Below, piece after piece: positions 61,389-64,000 of a stretch of 64,000 nucleotides of DNA; within the stretch, counting starts at the first letter, position 1, and each line of letters starts with the position of its first letter. Made by a program: the position numbers and the translations under genes. This DNA comes from Strigamia acuminata (taxonomy: Eukaryota), in the NCBI GenBank assembly GCA_949358305.1, contig OX442314.1, positions 1,054,001 through 1,118,000 of the forward strand, written 5' to 3'. The notes under the pieces were generated by a model. The model worked only from the letters and a program-made list of their open reading frames with translations, was not told the origin of the DNA and did not search any database.

Positions 61389-61974
61389 TGTGGTGACCAC
61401 GAGGTCATAAAAGTGTTTTTAGTATTTACAATAATTAATCGTCAGATTATTACGAGAAAACTAGCTATACTAGTTTTACCGTTTCTGCGGAATCAACATG
61501 ATGACGTCAGCCATTTTGCATAATTCCCCGAATTTATGCAAATACGTCATTTCCGGTCATTAGGGGGTATTTAAACCCGTGTTTTGACCGGAAGCGCGAC
61601 TTACAGATATATCACAGCAACAGTAGCATCACACCTCACCTTTCAGGCCGAGCACCACGGATTGATAGAGGACCGATGCCAGTTGCCCAAGTCATCTGTA
61701 ACACCAAGCCAAAGATATTTGTCGTAGCAAAACTACGACCGAAATATCTCATCATCGCCGAAGCGTTTTGCGAACACGTGTTTCGCCAGGACGCCATTAA
61801 CCCTAGACAACCAGAAGCCACGTGTAAGACTGCCGTGCAGCAACAATCGTATCCGACCAACAAGGATCCGAGACCAACCTTAAGTATTATTACTATTGTA
61901 TTACAAGTGTGAAATAAAAGGTTTATTAGTAAGATATTGTGTACGTTTATTTACCGGAAACCAAGGTTACGACA
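61389..61974 (+). repeat. Gypsy-B 5' LTR (586 bp)
   Basis: TGTGGTGACC...GGTTACGACA termini, TATTTAAA and AATAAA inside, PBS follows. Confidence 0.85.
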
Positions 61975-61976
61975 CG

Positions 61977-61994
61977 TGGGGGTCTGTCCGGGAT
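61977..61994 (+). promoter_or_regulatory. Gypsy-B primer-binding site, tRNA-Pro-like
   Basis: TGGGGGTCTGTCCGGGAT matches the canonical Pro PBS TGGGGGCTCGTCCGGGAT at 15 of 18 positions. Confidence 0.75.
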
Positions 61995-62059
61995 AGTTTG
62001 ACTAATCAGACTATTTTAAATAAACATATCTTACAGTTTGACATTTGCAAACTATCAAA

Positions 62060-64000
62060 ATGACGAAAAGCGGGAAAAATCGAAACCCTTCAACCGCAAG
62101 CGCCCGAAGAAAAGCCATGGAATCCGCCAAGGCAAGGGCCGAAGCATTAGCTAGTCCAGCGTTAGAAAAGCAGCCACCGGAGCCGACGAGGGAAAAAACG
62201 ACTGGAAATACACCAGTCAACGAAAACCACGCGGAAAAACCACCCGAGAATGTGCCGACCGAAAAAACGCCGGCTAGTAAAGTACCCGCTAGCAAAAACC
62301 CAACCAATAAAACGCCGATAAATCAGCGAATCGAAGAAGAAGTCGAAGAAGAGGAGGAAGAATCCGGACAAAGTCAGAACGGGTATAACCTATTCGACAA
62401 TCGGGATAATCACCAGAGTAATCGTATCACGATCACGCACGGTTATAATTCGAAGAAATCCCAAATCGATAGCTGTAAGGAAGCGTATGAACTCGCTCGA
62501 CTGGAGGGAATCCCTTACGATGAAGAAGGGGATCCGCTGGCCCAATTGGACATGATACTCCGGCTGACAAGAGAACGGGCGGAAAAAAGAGCTATCCGAC
62601 AAGGAAAGAAGGCCGTCAAGCGTCAAAAAACGAATAATCAGACGACCGACTCGTACGACTCGACCCGAACCAGTTCCGACGCGGACGACGAAAGCGAAGC
62701 TGATTCGCTCGATTCGAAAGGAATTAACGTCCAAGGATGGGCTAGTATCGTAGACGAGCCCGTCGAAGTGCAAAACGAATTCTTGGAAGCTTTTCAGCAA
62801 GACAGTCGCAATAATCGCGGGAGACAATCGTGGGCATTCGCACAATCTTTCGCCGCTAAAGCTGGCCATACCAGCCAAACGCCAAACGACCCGAATTCTG
62901 AAATGATACGATTAATTAATCAGAAAAACCAGGTCAGAAATCAACAGGGACAAGATAGGTTGGCAATGCCAAGCCTCGAAGATATACGGACGGTTAAAGC
63001 CAACGTCGACGCAGCCAACGAAGCCGCGAAAACCAAAATCAAGACCGCTAACGACGCCGAAAGAGAAGCCGCGAGAATTAATTCGCAGTTACACGGAGAA
63101 AGGAAATCAACCATCCGGATAAAGCAAAACAACGGGGTCCTGAGCGGAACAGCCGTAAATGGAATCTTTCCCCCCGGAACTCAACTAGCCGCGACTTCTC
63201 CAAATTTAACCAATCAAAATTCCCCTCAACACCAGAATTCTTCGCAAAACCACCAATTCCTTCCTCAAAACGGAAATATTTCACCGAGTTATGGGAGTCA
63301 GAGCCAATCCGACCCCATATTGGAAGAGCGATTACGAATGATAGAAGAACACATACGTGCTGATTCACGGACCGGCCGAAACCAAGACTTGGATGAACGA
63401 GACGAACAGAATGAAAACCTACTCCGAAAATATTCAGCCGACCGCTGGGCGTTAGATAACAAAGACCGAAACATCAAGTGGCCCCAGCTGCGCCTGATGA
63501 AATTCGACGGTACGTGGAGGGCAGGAAATAAATTTCTAAATGAGGTGGCACTCACCATCTCGAGACTCGGAGCCGAACCAGACGAAATGGTAGTTAAGGG
63601 GCTGCCAGAAATGCTGGTAGGAGAGGCGAGAGAATGGTATGTGGAGGCGAACTTGAAGTATTGGGAGCAATTTGTGGTCGCCTTCAATACGCAATATGGC
63701 GAGACACAAAAAGAGATTAGACAACGAGTCAGTCTCATGCAGCAGGCGACCGGAGAAGAGCTACGAGCCTATTTTCTGCGAGCTAAAAGTCTGTTCAATG
63801 AACTGTATACTCCGCTGGACGCTTACGCTCAACGACTAATTTTTGATAAAGGATTGAACGAGGCATCCAAAAAGGTGCTTCGCGACATGAACGCTCCAAC
63901 AACCGACAGCTTCGAACAACTGTTGAAATTTGTCGATAAACGTCACGAAGAAGTAAATGACCGGTACACAGACGCTCTAACACCGGAAGAAAGAAAATTA
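62060..64000 (+). CDS. Gypsy-B Gag, runs off the window end
   Basis: MTKSGKNRNPSTASARRKAM...; same frame later gives KFDGTWRAGNKFLNEV...VVKGLPEMLVGEAREWY...WEQFVVAF, similar to the Gypsy-A capsid region. Absent from the ORF track, consistent with no stop before the end. Confidence 0.85.
   Translation, partial: MTKSGKNRNPSTASARRKAMESAKARAEALASPALEKQPPEPTREKTTGNTPVNENHAEKPPENVPTEKTPASKVPASKNPTNKTPINQRIEEEVEEEEEESGQSQNGYNLFDNRDNHQSNRITITHGYNSKKSQIDSCKEAYELARLEGIPYDEEGDPLAQLDMILRLTRERAEKRAIRQGKKAVKRQKTNNQTTDSYDSTRTSSDADDESEADSLDSKGINVQGWASIVDEPVEVQNEFLEAFQQDSRNNRGRQSWAFAQSFAAKAGHTSQTPNDPNSEMIRLINQKNQVRNQQGQDRLAMPSLEDIRTVKANVDAANEAAKTKIKTANDAEREAARINSQLHGERKSTIRIKQNNGVLSGTAVNGIFPPGTQLAATSPNLTNQNSPQHQNSSQNHQFLPQNGNISPSYGSQSQSDPILEERLRMIEEHIRADSRTGRNQDLDERDEQNENLLRKYSADRWALDNKDRNIKWPQLRLMKFDGTWRAGNKFLNEVALTISRLGAEPDEMVVKGLPEMLVGEAREWYVEANLKYWEQFVVAFNTQYGETQKEIRQRVSLMQQATGEELRAYFLRAKSLFNELYTPLDAYAQRLIFDKGLNEASKKVLRDMNAPTTDSFEQLLKFVDKRHEEVNDRYTDALTPEERKL

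Noticed and set aside
1..64000. Unistrand flamenco-type piRNA cluster
   Set aside because: Retroelements lie in both orientations; a dual-strand cluster cannot be judged without small-RNA data.

Overview
Eukaryotic (probably arthropod) repeat-dense region with no intact conventional gene. From left to right: (1) a degenerate acidic/CUE-like host gene repeat (1-2791, near-identical copy at 58668-60112) carrying a non-autonomous CACTG-terminal DNA transposon; (2) a large minus-strand Ty3/Gypsy element (Gypsy-A, 1.75-kb LTRs, tRNA-Gln PBS, -1 frameshift gag-pol) with an unexplained 505-aa Cys-rich third ORF; (3) nested in it, a complete Ty1/Copia element (TSD CATAT, iMet PBS) whose polyprotein carries a methyl-CpG-binding domain between integrase and RT; (4) a non-coding block of about 26 kb (23795-49686) made of 1686-bp units arranged as alternating head-to-head and tail-to-tail giant palindromes, with CpG-rich 56-bp hairpin satellites and 540-bp hairpin units whose 77-nt loops occur in flip and flop orientations; (5) after a 200-N gap, a Mag-like Gypsy with one nonsense codon, further LTR-A family fragments, a truncated Gypsy 5' end and a tRNA-Pro-primed Gypsy running off the window end. 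The most unusual signals are the inverted hairpin concatemer, the Gypsy-A accessory ORF and the Copia MBD. All alignments were done by eye.
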